DNA of 64,000 nucleotides from Candidatus Eiseniibacteriota bacterium (GTDB lineage Bacteria; Eisenbacteria; RBG-16-71-46): NCBI GenBank assembly GCA_044223005.1, contig JBGAML010000008.1, positions 111,962 to 175,961 of the forward strand, read 5' to 3'. Shown piece by piece: positions 39,793 to 48,696 of this stretch (position 1 is its first letter; each line of letters starts with the position of its first letter). The notes under the pieces were generated by a model. It saw only the letters and a program-made list of their open reading frames with translations, ran no database searches and was not told where the DNA came from. The position numbers and the translations under genes were made by a program.

Positions 39793-41727
39793 TCAGCGCG
39801 TCCGCACCAGCCAGCGCGTTTCCGCGTGGCCGTTCGCGCGGATCTGGCACATGAACATGCCCGCCGGGACCGGGCGGCCCGCGTCGTCGGTGCCGTCCCA
39901 GGCCACGTCGTTCGCGCCCGCCGGCCGGTCGCCGTCCACCAGCTGCCGCACGCGCCGGCCCGCCGCGTCGTAGATCGTCACGCGCGCCAGGCCCGCCGCG
40001 GGCAGCGTGAACGCGAACGACGTCGTCGCCGCGAACGGGTTCGGGTGCGCGTGCAGCGCGAAGCCCGCGCCCGGGGCGACCACCGGCGGTTCGACGCCCG
40101 AAACCGGCCGCGACACGATCGCCAGCGTCGCCGAGCGCGCCGGCAGCACGAGGTCCACCGCACCCGAGGTCATCGTCGCGCCGCCCGCAGCGGCCAGCGG
40201 CGAGCCCGCCGCGAAGCGCCGCAGCGTGATCGCGCCACCCAGGCCGTCCGCCGTGGTCAGGTGCACCGTCTCGCTCACCGTGCTCTTGTTGAACAGCAGC
40301 ACGTGCAGCTTGCCGCCCGTGCGGTCGTCGATCGCGTACGCGCCCACGCGATCCACTGCGGAGGACGTCGCGCGCACGCCCTGGCCCGTGACCTTCGCGC
40401 CCGCACCGTCGTAGTCCAGATAGAGCCTGAACGCGTCCTGCACCAGCGTGCCGTGCGCAGGCGCGACCCAGCGCGTCGCCATCGTCACGCCTTCGCGGCC
40501 GAAGATCGCCAGCGCCTCGGCCTGCGCGATCGCGCTCGAGATGCCGGTGTCACCGCCGAAGTTGTACTCCGTGATCGCGAGCCCGATGCCCGGGCAGCGC
40601 GCGGCGATGAGCGCCTTCATGCGCGGGATCAGCTGGACCGGCTGGCCGATCCACGACTCGTCCACGTACGTCGGGTCGTAGAGGCTCTTGAGCTCCCGCA
40701 GCCGGCGGGCCGAGGTCGTCGCGTCCTCGTTGTCGTTGAGCGCCGAGCCGTCCTGCGGGTAGTAATGGACGTCGAGCACGTCCACGAGCCGCTGGCCCGT
40801 CGCGAGCAGGTGATCGTTCACCTGCTTCAGGTACCACTCGGTGAGCCCGAGCCCGCCGTGCGCCGCGCGGTCGGCGCCCGGCCCGCAGCCGTCCGCCGCC
40901 GAATAGAAGTACTCGCACCAGCCCCATGAGGCCGGCCCCGTCACCTGCGCGAGCGGATCGGCCGCCTTCACCGCGGTCGCGTAGTCGGACGTGCGCGTCC
41001 AGAGCTCGTCGTACGTGAGCGGATTCGGGTGCACGTCGCGATGCGTGCTGTTCCAGAGCGCCGGCTCGTTGTCGAGCGCGTAGTACCGGACGCCGCCCGC
41101 GGCCGCGTTGCCGAAGCGCGAGACCAGGTGGGCGATCCACGCCTGCTCGAACGCGGGCGTCGCCGGGATCGAGGTGTCCGCCGGGTCGTTGCCCGTGATG
41201 TCGCCGCCGCCCGACGCGACGCCGTTGCCCGCGTCGGCCGTGCACCAGAACGCGCCGCCGGTCGCGGTGCACTCGGTCTGCTGCTGCGCGCCGTACTTGG
41301 CGACCGAGAAGCCCCACGTCTTGGCGCGCGATTTCGGCGTCCAGCCGATCGTCGGCACCGTCATCAGGACTTCCGCGTGCGCGCCGCGCGTCTCGGTCAC
41401 GAACAGGTCCGCGTCCGAACCGTCGGGCAGCGCCGCCGGGTTCGCGATCGACGATGGGATGTTCTGGAAGAACCAGTCCGACGCCGTGTTGTGCGTGTCG
41501 AGCTGCCAGTTGTAGCGCGTCGTGCTGTTTCCGCCCCAGCGTCGCAGCGGGTAGGGGACGTCGGTGAACTCCTGCGTGTCGCCGAAGTTCACGCCGTAGA
41601 TCAACGGGTTGATCGGGTGGCGATCGAGCGAAGTGTCCACGGTCACGTTGACGGGCGCCGCGTGGGCGGCGGCCGCGATCGCGACCAGGAGGGCGGCGAA
41701 GCCGAGATGCGGAGTACGGGCGAACAT
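39793..41727 (-). CDS. Glycoside hydrolase family 44 endoglucanase/xyloglucanase with T9SS-CTD (644 aa)
   Basis: RBS GGAGG; signal peptide; PLIYGVN, RWGGNSTTRYNW, LDNEPALW...HRDVHP, DVHYYPQ, AITEYNFG, AQAEALAIFG; CTD HPNPF...YDAAGRRVR...WDGTD. Confidence 0.9.
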   Translation of the reverse strand: MFARTPHLGFAALLVAIAAAAHAAPVNVTVDTSLDRHPINPLIYGVNFGDTQEFTDVPYPLRRWGGNSTTRYNWQLDTHNTASDWFFQNIPSSIANPAALPDGSDADLFVTETRGAHAEVLMTVPTIGWTPKSRAKTWGFSVAKYGAQQQTECTATGGAFWCTADAGNGVASGGGDITGNDPADTSIPATPAFEQAWIAHLVSRFGNAAAGGVRYYALDNEPALWNSTHRDVHPNPLTYDELWTRTSDYATAVKAADPLAQVTGPASWGWCEYFYSAADGCGPGADRAAHGGLGLTEWYLKQVNDHLLATGQRLVDVLDVHYYPQDGSALNDNEDATTSARRLRELKSLYDPTYVDESWIGQPVQLIPRMKALIAARCPGIGLAITEYNFGGDTGISSAIAQAEALAIFGREGVTMATRWVAPAHGTLVQDAFRLYLDYDGAGAKVTGQGVRATSSAVDRVGAYAIDDRTGGKLHVLLFNKSTVSETVHLTTADGLGGAITLRRFAAGSPLAAAGGATMTSGAVDLVLPARSATLAIVSRPVSGVEPPVVAPGAGFALHAHPNPFAATTSFAFTLPAAGLARVTIYDAAGRRVRQLVDGDRPAGANDVAWDGTDDAGRPVPAGMFMCQIRANGHAETRWLVRTR

Positions 41728-41776
41728 GGCAGGGCCTCCGGAACCGGCCACGAACCGGGCCGGCGCCGAGTGGGGC

Positions 41777-41791
41777 GCAAGGCCGGTGCCA
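41777..41791 (-). promoter_or_regulatory. Sigma54-type -24/-12 promoter for the GH44 gene
   Basis: Minus strand reads TGGCACC-GGCC-TTGC (GG-N10-GC), 50 bp upstream of the ATG. Confidence 0.7.
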
Positions 41792-42007
41792 TGCGGCAAG
41801 TCCAACGCCCGCGCGAGGGCGTGTCCGGGCGCCGCCGCGCGGAGCCGGGGCCCTGCACGGGGCATCGTGCGTTCCGCACGGGATTTGCGCGGGTGGCGAA
41901 TCCTCTGGGGCGACCGCTACTCTCACTCGGCGGGTGCCGGAGAGCGCCCGCCGCCGGGTGAGGCCCGGCTGGCTTCGACCCCGAAACCCATGAGGACCAC
42001 TCGCTCC

Positions 42008-42199
42008 ATGTGCACTCGCGTCCGGTGCCCCAAGTGCGGCAAGCCCACCTACAGCGGTTGCGGTGCCCACGTCGAACAAGTGCTGGGTGACGTTCCCAAG
42101 TCCGACCGCTGCAAGTGCCGCGAGACGGCCTCCGCGCCCAAGCCCCGCGCGGCGGCGGCCGCGGGCCGCTCCTGGCTCGATCGCCTGATCGGCCGCTGA
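42008..42199 (+). CDS. Small Cys/His-rich putative metal-binding protein (63 aa)
   Basis: RBS GAGGA; MCTRVRCPKCGKPTYSGCGAHVEQV...DRCKC; amphipathic tail SWLDRLIGR. Confidence 0.8.
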   Translation: MCTRVRCPKCGKPTYSGCGAHVEQVLGDVPKSDRCKCRETASAPKPRAAAAAGRSWLDRLIGR

Positions 42200-42270
42200 G
42201 CGCACACTCGCGCGCGTGAACTCCCGCGCGCGGCATGGACAGCGCCCCGCGGAGCGACGATGCTCCGCGG

Positions 42271-43407
42271 ATGAGCCTCCATCCGCTCGTCACCGGAATC
42301 GCCGGCGCGGCGATCGTCGCGGCCGTCCTGTGGGACGCGTTCGAGACAATGCTGCTGCCGCGCCGCATCGGCCGTCGCGTTCGTCTCACCCGCTACTTCT
42401 ACATGACCACCTGGCGGTCTTGGCGCGCGTGCGCCGGCTGGGTGCCCCGCACCGCGACGCGCGACTGGGTGCTCGGGCTCTATGGTCCCGCATCGCTGAT
42501 CCTGCTGCTCGTCTGCTGGGCGGCGGCGCTGATCGCCGGGTTCGCGTTGGTGCAGTCGGCACTCGGCGGGCTCACCGGGAACGCGAGTCACGCCGGGATG
42601 CTGCTCTACATGAGCGGCGAGACCTTCTTCACGCTCGGCTTCGGTGACGTCGTTCCCGCCACGGGGGCGGGCCGCTGGCTGTCGGTGCTCGAGGCCGGCA
42701 CGGGATTCGCGTTCCTCGGCACCGTGATCGGTTACCTGCCGACCGTGTACAACGCGTTCTCGCAGCGCGAGCTCATGGTTACGCTGCTCGACGCGCGCGC
42801 GGGGTCGCCGCCCACGGCGGCGGAGTTCCTGCGCCGCGTGCCCGCGGTGGGAGCGGCCACGCTGCCCGACGATATCCTGGCGCAGGCCGAGTCCTGGGCG
42901 GCGCAGGTGCTCGAGACGCATCTCTCGTTTCCGCTGCTCGCGTACTACCGCTCGCTGCACTCCAACCAGTCGTGGCTCGGCGCGCTCACGTCGATCCTCG
43001 ATGCGTCCGCGCTGCTCGTCGCGGGCGCGGAAGGGCCCGCGTCCGACCAGGCGCCGATCACGTTCGCGATGGCGCGGCACGCGCTCGTGGACGTGACGCA
43101 GGCGTTCGTGCGCGAGCCGCTCGCGAGCGCGCCCGACCGGCTGGACCCCGCCGCGCTCGCCGCGCTGCGCACGCACCTGGAGGACTCGTCGTTCCGGCTG
43201 CCGGCCACGCCGGAGTTCGAACAGCGGCTCGCGAAGCTGCGGCGGCTGTACGAGCCGTACGCCCAGGCGCTCGCCGCGTACCTGCAGCTCGAACTGCCAC
43301 CGTGGCGCCCGGCCGTGGGCGCGCGCGACAACTGGCACGGCGGGCCCTGGGATCGCGCGCTCGGCACTCGCGACACGCGCGTGTTCGCGGCCGACGAGCA
43401 CTTTTGA
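42271..43407 (+). CDS. Potassium channel family (Ion_trans_2) protein with cytoplasmic C-terminal domain
   Basis: Pore motif LYMSGETFFTLGFGD flanked by TMs; RAGSPP; ETHLSFPLLAYYRS. Start at 42271 or 42235. Confidence 0.85.
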   Translation: MSLHPLVTGIAGAAIVAAVLWDAFETMLLPRRIGRRVRLTRYFYMTTWRSWRACAGWVPRTATRDWVLGLYGPASLILLLVCWAAALIAGFALVQSALGGLTGNASHAGMLLYMSGETFFTLGFGDVVPATGAGRWLSVLEAGTGFAFLGTVIGYLPTVYNAFSQRELMVTLLDARAGSPPTAAEFLRRVPAVGAATLPDDILAQAESWAAQVLETHLSFPLLAYYRSLHSNQSWLGALTSILDASALLVAGAEGPASDQAPITFAMARHALVDVTQAFVREPLASAPDRLDPAALAALRTHLEDSSFRLPATPEFEQRLAKLRRLYEPYAQALAAYLQLELPPWRPAVGARDNWHGGPWDRALGTRDTRVFAADEHF

Positions 43408-43419
43408 GCGCCGGAAGCG

Positions 43420-43454
43420 CGCGGGGCGGCGGCCGCATCGGCCGCCGCCCCGCG
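43420..43454. terminator. 16-bp hairpin between convergent genes
   Basis: CGCGGGGCGGCGGCCG-CAT-CGGCCGCCGCCCCGCG. Confidence 0.6.
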
Positions 43455-43473
43455 TGTTTCCGCGCCGGATGCG

Positions 43474-46400
43474 TCAGGGCATCACGACGAGCTTCTGCGT
43501 CCGCGCCTCGGCGCCCACGGCGAAGCGCGCGAAGTAGACGCCGCCGCGGACGGGGTTCCGCTCCGCGTCGCGCAGGTCCCACGTCAGCGAGAACGTGCCG
43601 GCGCGGGCGATGCCGCGGTCGACCGTGCTCACGCGCCGGCCCGTGAGGTCGAAGATCGCCAGTTCGTAGGTCTGGCCGCCCAGCGCGACCGGGACGCCGA
43701 ACTCCATGCGAGCGCGGCCGCGTGCCGGGTTCGGCGACGGCGGTGCGAAGGCCAGCGACCGCGGAGCCGTCGCGCTGGCCGGCCCGCCGTTCACGTCCGC
43801 CACGTACAGCGGCGCGCGCGAGTAGCCCGTGCGCCGCGCGTCGTGCATGAACTGCGGCCACGGCGCGACACCGGTCGGCTGGAACGGGAAGTCGTAGTCC
43901 CACACGTAGAGGTTCTTGTCCCAGCCCGCGAGTACGATCTCCGTCTTGCCGTCGCGGTCGATGTCGCCGAGTGCCGGCGTGCCGCGCACCTCGCCCGACA
44001 GCTGGATCGGGAAGCCGGCGAGCACCTGCCCCGTCGCGCCCGAGAATGCCGTGAGCTGCGCGTTCTCGTCACCGATCACCACGTCGTTCCAGCCGTCGCC
44101 ATTGATGTCCGCGACCACGGGGCTGCTCTCCGTCGCCCCGGCGGTGAGCGCGCTGAAGCGATCCCCGTCCAGCGAGGCGATCGGGACGCCCGAACCGGAC
44201 CAGCAGTGGAGCACGCCGTCGATCCCGGCGACGACGATGTCGTCGAGCCCGTCGTTGTTCATGTCGGCGATGGCCGGCGTCGGCGAGCGCTCGGTGCCGC
44301 CGTTGGCGATCACGCGCTTGGGCCAGCCGGGGCGGCCCTGGCCGTTCGCCTCGACGACGTAGACCGTGTCCGAGTAGCTGGTGAAGACGAGCTCGGGCTG
44401 GACGTCGGCCGGGCCGTCGAGGAAGCCGACCGCGACCGAGGAGGTGATCGCGTCCGAGGTGTGGTACGGGAAGCCGGGCACCAGCGTGCCGTTGGCCTTC
44501 CACGCGTAGAGGTTGCCGTCGCGAGCGCCGTAGATGATCTCGGGCTTGCCGTCGCCGTCGAGGTCGGCGAGTGCGGGGGAGCTGTAGTTGTACTGCAGGC
44601 CGAACGTCTTGAAGACACCCTGCGTGGTCGGGTTGTTGTCGCCGTCCATCCACTCGGTGCCGTTGGAACGCAGCACGTAGAGGCCGAAGGAGTTCGAGCC
44701 GAGCACGAGTTCCTGCTTGCCGTCTCCGTCCAGGTCGCCGATCGCGACCGACGACCACGCGCCGGTGTTCATCACGAACGGCCAGCCCGGACGCACGTTG
44801 CCGGCGGGATCGAACACATAGACGCGGGTCGAATCCCACGACGCGCCGATGATCGAGAAGCCCTGCCCCGGTTCGAGCTGGGCGACGCTCGGGCCCGACG
44901 CGAAGTACGAGCCGCGACGCGAGAAGTCGCCGAGCGTCGCGGCCGCGCCGTCGCCGTCGACGGGGGCGGTACCGTCGGCATGCAGCACGTAGAGCACGTC
45001 CGAGCCCGCGACGATGTCGGTCTGGCTGTTGGAGTAGATCGACTCGAGCGCCACCGAGGATGGTGTCGTGCGGCCCATCGAAACCGGGAAGATGGAATGC
45101 GTCGGCGGATTCGTGCTGGCGGCCGCGACAGTCGACTGCGCCGACTCGTTGCCCGACGAATCCACGGCCGTGACCCGGTACCAGTACTGCGTGAGCGGGG
45201 CGAGGCCGCCGTCCACGTAGTAGGCGGTGCGGTCCGTGGGGACGAGGTTCACCTTGCCGAAGGGCCCCGCCGGCGTGGCGCTCCGGTACACGTTGTAGCC
45301 GAGCAGGTCCGGCGCATTCGAGTGGGCCCAGCGCAACTCGACGCCGCTGGCTCGGCCGATGCCGAGGAGCCCCGTGAGCGCGCCCGGATAGCCGAGGTCC
45401 AGCGTCTGGGAGCCCATCGCCCCGTAGGTCCCGCTCAGCACCACGGTGAACTTCGCGAGCGTGCTCAAGGGCACGAACGTGACGGCGTCGCCCGTCACCG
45501 TCGCACCCGGCGCGATCGTGCCCAGCGTGGCGACGCTGTCGGTCACGCTCGCGAGCCCGTCGGCGGAACGGAAGCGCAACGAGACTCCACGTGCGGCGCC
45601 GCTTCCTTCGTTGCGAATCGAGATGCCGTAGTTGACCGTTTCTCCCGTCGCCGGCCGCCCGTCCCCGTTCCCCACGGGCTCGGTCTCGGTGTGCGTGTAC
45701 GTGCGCAGCTCCGGAGCATGGACGGTCAGTGTGAAGAACTGGCGCCAGGAGCGGGCCGCGCCGTCGGTGATGACGAGCTGGAAGGGCACCTCGCGCTGGT
45801 CCGCGGTCGACGCCGGTACCGAGATCCGGAAGCCCGTCGCCGGCGAGCCGGTCGTGACCGTCCCGCCGCTCGCGATCGACCCGTACGTGACGGTGGGGGT
45901 CGTCACCGCGATGGTGCCGTCGGTCGTCGTCAGCGTGGCCTTGACGTTCGGCGCGGTGGATCCCCCGCGGTTCAGCAGCGACAAGCGCACGTCGACGCTC
46001 TCGCCGGCGTCCAGCGACGCGTTGCCGTCGCCGATCGTTCCGCCGGAGCCGTCGTCCACCAGCGTCACGGGTCCCTTCACGATCGTCGGTGCGGAGGTGG
46101 GCGCGATCACGAGCGCCGCCTGCCACGGGTGCGCATTGAACGCGGTCACCGTCAGCGTCACGAGGCCACCGGCCGAATCGGGGCGGAACGGCAGGACGAC
46201 CGAACCCGTCGCGTCCGTGAGACCGCTCTCGAAGTCGTTCCCGGCGCGGTACGCCGTCACCCGGGCGTTCGGGAGTGGCTGCCCGCTCGTGAGCACCTGC
46301 ACCGTGATCGTCGTGTCGGCGAGCGTCATCGTGGCCGGGGCGTTCACGGTGAGCGTACGAGGCTTGCCGCGCCACATGCGCAACTCGGGGTCGCCGAGTT

Positions 46401-48213
46401 CGAGAATCGCCTGGTGCGTCCAGCGATCCGCACCGTCGAACGTGGTCCAGGGAAGATAGGGCACCTTCTGGAGAGCGGTGAGTTCGCCGACGGCGGTCAC
46501 GCTGTCCCGCAGGAAGAGCTGGAAGTACTGGAACTGGTAGACCTGGCTGGTCCCCGGGAAGTCGAGCCGCGACGAGCCGACGTTGGTCACCGCGCCGCCG
46601 TTGGGGTCGAGCAGGAACGCTTCGCCGATGCACGGGAAGTCGATCGCGACCGAGGTGCAGTTCAGCGAGTACAGGTTCATCAGCTTGTCGCCGTTCGTGA
46701 GTCCGAGCGCGTCGGGGTTGCTCAGCGTGGCATCGCCGACCTCCATCACGTTCCGGTAGCCGTGGCCGATGTGCAGCCCGAGGCCGTAGCCCGCGTTGAT
46801 CGAGTCGAGCACGGCCTGCCGCGTCTCCGGCACCACGCCCGGGCGCCACTGCGGATCGGTGTTGTTCTGGTAGAGACGCGCGACGTGCAGGCTGGGCTCG
46901 AGGTCGGTGTTCTCGAGCAGGCCTTCGGCGTAGGCCGCGCCGTCCGTCGAGATCTCCTGCCCCGTCTGCCACTTCTCGGGGAAGAGCACTTCGGCGAAGA
47001 ACATCCAGCGGTCCTCGTACGTGCCCAGCGGCGTCTTCTCGTACTGCAGCGTCTTGTCGACGAACACCTGCGCGTCCGCCGGCGTGGTCACCGGCGCGCG
47101 GCCCACGTACACCTCGGGCATCATGTCCGCGTTGTCGCCGTTCGGGTCGGCGCCGTACTGGCCTTCGCCGTAGAGGCTGTCGCCGTCGGCGTTCCAGTTG
47201 CCGTCGAGGCAGCTGTAGTAGAGGTCGGTCGCGATCATCTCGGCGTCGTAGAACGTGTTGTACGCATAGCGCACCGGGATCACGTCGGTGTCGCCGCCGA
47301 GCAGCACCCACTTGGCGCCCCAGCGCGTGTACGCGTCACGCAGGAACAGCCGGATCCGCTCGGCGTCGTCCGCCGCCGAGGGGTACTGGCCCTGGATGAA
47401 CGACACCGTCCGCACCACCGCCGGCAGGCCCGTCTGCGTCTTCCAGTCCGCCAGCTGCTGGAACACCGGCGCCATCGCGTCGTTCGTCACGATCACGTAC
47501 GCCACCGGGCTGCCCAGCACCGACGGCAGCTGCGTCGCCCGGAACGGCACCGCCTTGCCGCCCGCGCCGCCCGCCGCGCTCGCCACCACCGCGCGGCCGC
47601 GCACCGGCGGCCCCGCCGGCAGTGTCCCGGCGTCTTCCCACTCCGGCACGATCCGCTCGCGCTCGAGCCCCGTATCCTGTCCGTCCTCCACCACCAGCTT
47701 CACGCTCACCTGCGTCACCGCCCGCAGCTCGCCCGTCGCGGGGTTCCACTGCGCACCGCTCACCGCCAGCGTCGCGAGGGTGCGCCCGCGCAGCATGCCC
47801 TGCGCTCCGAGTTCCACCACCTGCGCCGGCTGCGCCACCGCGCTCGCGTACACGCCCGCGTCGGGCGCGGTGCGCTCCACCGGCCCCAGGCCCGGCGTCG
47901 GCCGCACCGCGGGCTCGACGTGAACGCCGTTCGCCAGCGCGCGTGTCTGCACCGCGGTCACCTCGACCGAGACGATCCGCTGCCCGGGGGCGAGCTCCAC
48001 CGACTCCGAGTGCCACGGCAGGTCGGGTAGGCCGGAGCGCTTCTCGCGCGCGGCGCCGGCCAGCTGCACCAGCGCCGAGCCGCCCTGGTTCACCACGCGC
48101 AGCTTGGCCGCGTCGTAGGTGAACTGGCGTTCGATCGTGGTCGTGGCGCCGGACGCGAGCGAAGCGGAGAGCAGGAGGAACGCGGCGAGGAGCGGGGGAA
48201 TCCTGCGGTGCAT
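43474..48213 (-). CDS. C25 (gingipain-like) cysteine peptidase with propeptide, Ig domains, FN3, FG-GAP/VCBS propeller and T9SS-CTD (1579 aa)
   Basis: Signal; GLPDLP propeptide; YVIVT...LADWK, WVLLGGD, TDLYYSCLDG, VYVGRAP, catalytic-type HIGHG and LNC, LGDPE; GYNVYRS/YRVTAVD; repeated DLDGDGK-E; PSPNPARG...FDLTGRRV...GGVYFAR. Confidence 0.92.
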   Translation of the reverse strand: MHRRIPPLLAAFLLLSASLASGATTTIERQFTYDAAKLRVVNQGGSALVQLAGAAREKRSGLPDLPWHSESVELAPGQRIVSVEVTAVQTRALANGVHVEPAVRPTPGLGPVERTAPDAGVYASAVAQPAQVVELGAQGMLRGRTLATLAVSGAQWNPATGELRAVTQVSVKLVVEDGQDTGLERERIVPEWEDAGTLPAGPPVRGRAVVASAAGGAGGKAVPFRATQLPSVLGSPVAYVIVTNDAMAPVFQQLADWKTQTGLPAVVRTVSFIQGQYPSAADDAERIRLFLRDAYTRWGAKWVLLGGDTDVIPVRYAYNTFYDAEMIATDLYYSCLDGNWNADGDSLYGEGQYGADPNGDNADMMPEVYVGRAPVTTPADAQVFVDKTLQYEKTPLGTYEDRWMFFAEVLFPEKWQTGQEISTDGAAYAEGLLENTDLEPSLHVARLYQNNTDPQWRPGVVPETRQAVLDSINAGYGLGLHIGHGYRNVMEVGDATLSNPDALGLTNGDKLMNLYSLNCTSVAIDFPCIGEAFLLDPNGGAVTNVGSSRLDFPGTSQVYQFQYFQLFLRDSVTAVGELTALQKVPYLPWTTFDGADRWTHQAILELGDPELRMWRGKPRTLTVNAPATMTLADTTITVQVLTSGQPLPNARVTAYRAGNDFESGLTDATGSVVLPFRPDSAGGLVTLTVTAFNAHPWQAALVIAPTSAPTIVKGPVTLVDDGSGGTIGDGNASLDAGESVDVRLSLLNRGGSTAPNVKATLTTTDGTIAVTTPTVTYGSIASGGTVTTGSPATGFRISVPASTADQREVPFQLVITDGAARSWRQFFTLTVHAPELRTYTHTETEPVGNGDGRPATGETVNYGISIRNEGSGAARGVSLRFRSADGLASVTDSVATLGTIAPGATVTGDAVTFVPLSTLAKFTVVLSGTYGAMGSQTLDLGYPGALTGLLGIGRASGVELRWAHSNAPDLLGYNVYRSATPAGPFGKVNLVPTDRTAYYVDGGLAPLTQYWYRVTAVDSSGNESAQSTVAAASTNPPTHSIFPVSMGRTTPSSVALESIYSNSQTDIVAGSDVLYVLHADGTAPVDGDGAAATLGDFSRRGSYFASGPSVAQLEPGQGFSIIGASWDSTRVYVFDPAGNVRPGWPFVMNTGAWSSVAIGDLDGDGKQELVLGSNSFGLYVLRSNGTEWMDGDNNPTTQGVFKTFGLQYNYSSPALADLDGDGKPEIIYGARDGNLYAWKANGTLVPGFPYHTSDAITSSVAVGFLDGPADVQPELVFTSYSDTVYVVEANGQGRPGWPKRVIANGGTERSPTPAIADMNNDGLDDIVVAGIDGVLHCWSGSGVPIASLDGDRFSALTAGATESSPVVADINGDGWNDVVIGDENAQLTAFSGATGQVLAGFPIQLSGEVRGTPALGDIDRDGKTEIVLAGWDKNLYVWDYDFPFQPTGVAPWPQFMHDARRTGYSRAPLYVADVNGGPASATAPRSLAFAPPSPNPARGRARMEFGVPVALGGQTYELAIFDLTGRRVSTVDRGIARAGTFSLTWDLRDAERNPVRGGVYFARFAVGAEARTQKLVVMP

Positions 48214-48696
48214 GATCTCTCCCTGGGCCCTGCGGAAGATGCGTGGAGCGCGTGGGGTGCGGCCCGGGGTCGCCCGCTTCGGGTGGCGAACCAGGTCGGC
48301 GTCCGGAGGCCTCGGGGCTCGTGGGGCGGCGCTCCGAACGTCTGATCACTCCATACGATACGGAAAGATCCGAAGACGGATCAACGGCCATCGGGTGAAG
48401 CCCCCCGATTTGACCCGCAGGTCCCCTCCAGACCGTGCAAGCTGCCCGGAGGTCACACCCCGGCGCCCCGTCCGCGGCATCCCGGCGTGCGGCCTGCAAG
48501 CCTCTGTGGACGCAAGGCCTGCCAGAAATGTGACCGGAGGACCGGGTTGCGGGGTAGGGTGGGCGGCCACGGACGGTCCGGCGGGTTTGCCCTGCGCGAA
48601 CCGATCCGGCGAGCCGATGAACCGGAACGAGGCCGGTTTGCTCGCCGTGCGTCGGGTTTCGCGACCGCGGGTGACGCGCAATCCCAGGAGGTGCCC

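Noticed and set aside
43474..48213. Calling the C25 protein PorU (T9SS sortase)
   Set aside because: Its propeptide-C25-Ig-FN3-FG-GAP-CTD layout fits a gingipain-like cargo protease better; it cannot be assigned without a phylogeny.
48540..48600. c-di-GMP-I riboswitch suggested by minus-strand CAGGGCAAACC
   Set aside because: It lacks the GAAA-capped stem and the following GACGCAAAGC segment.
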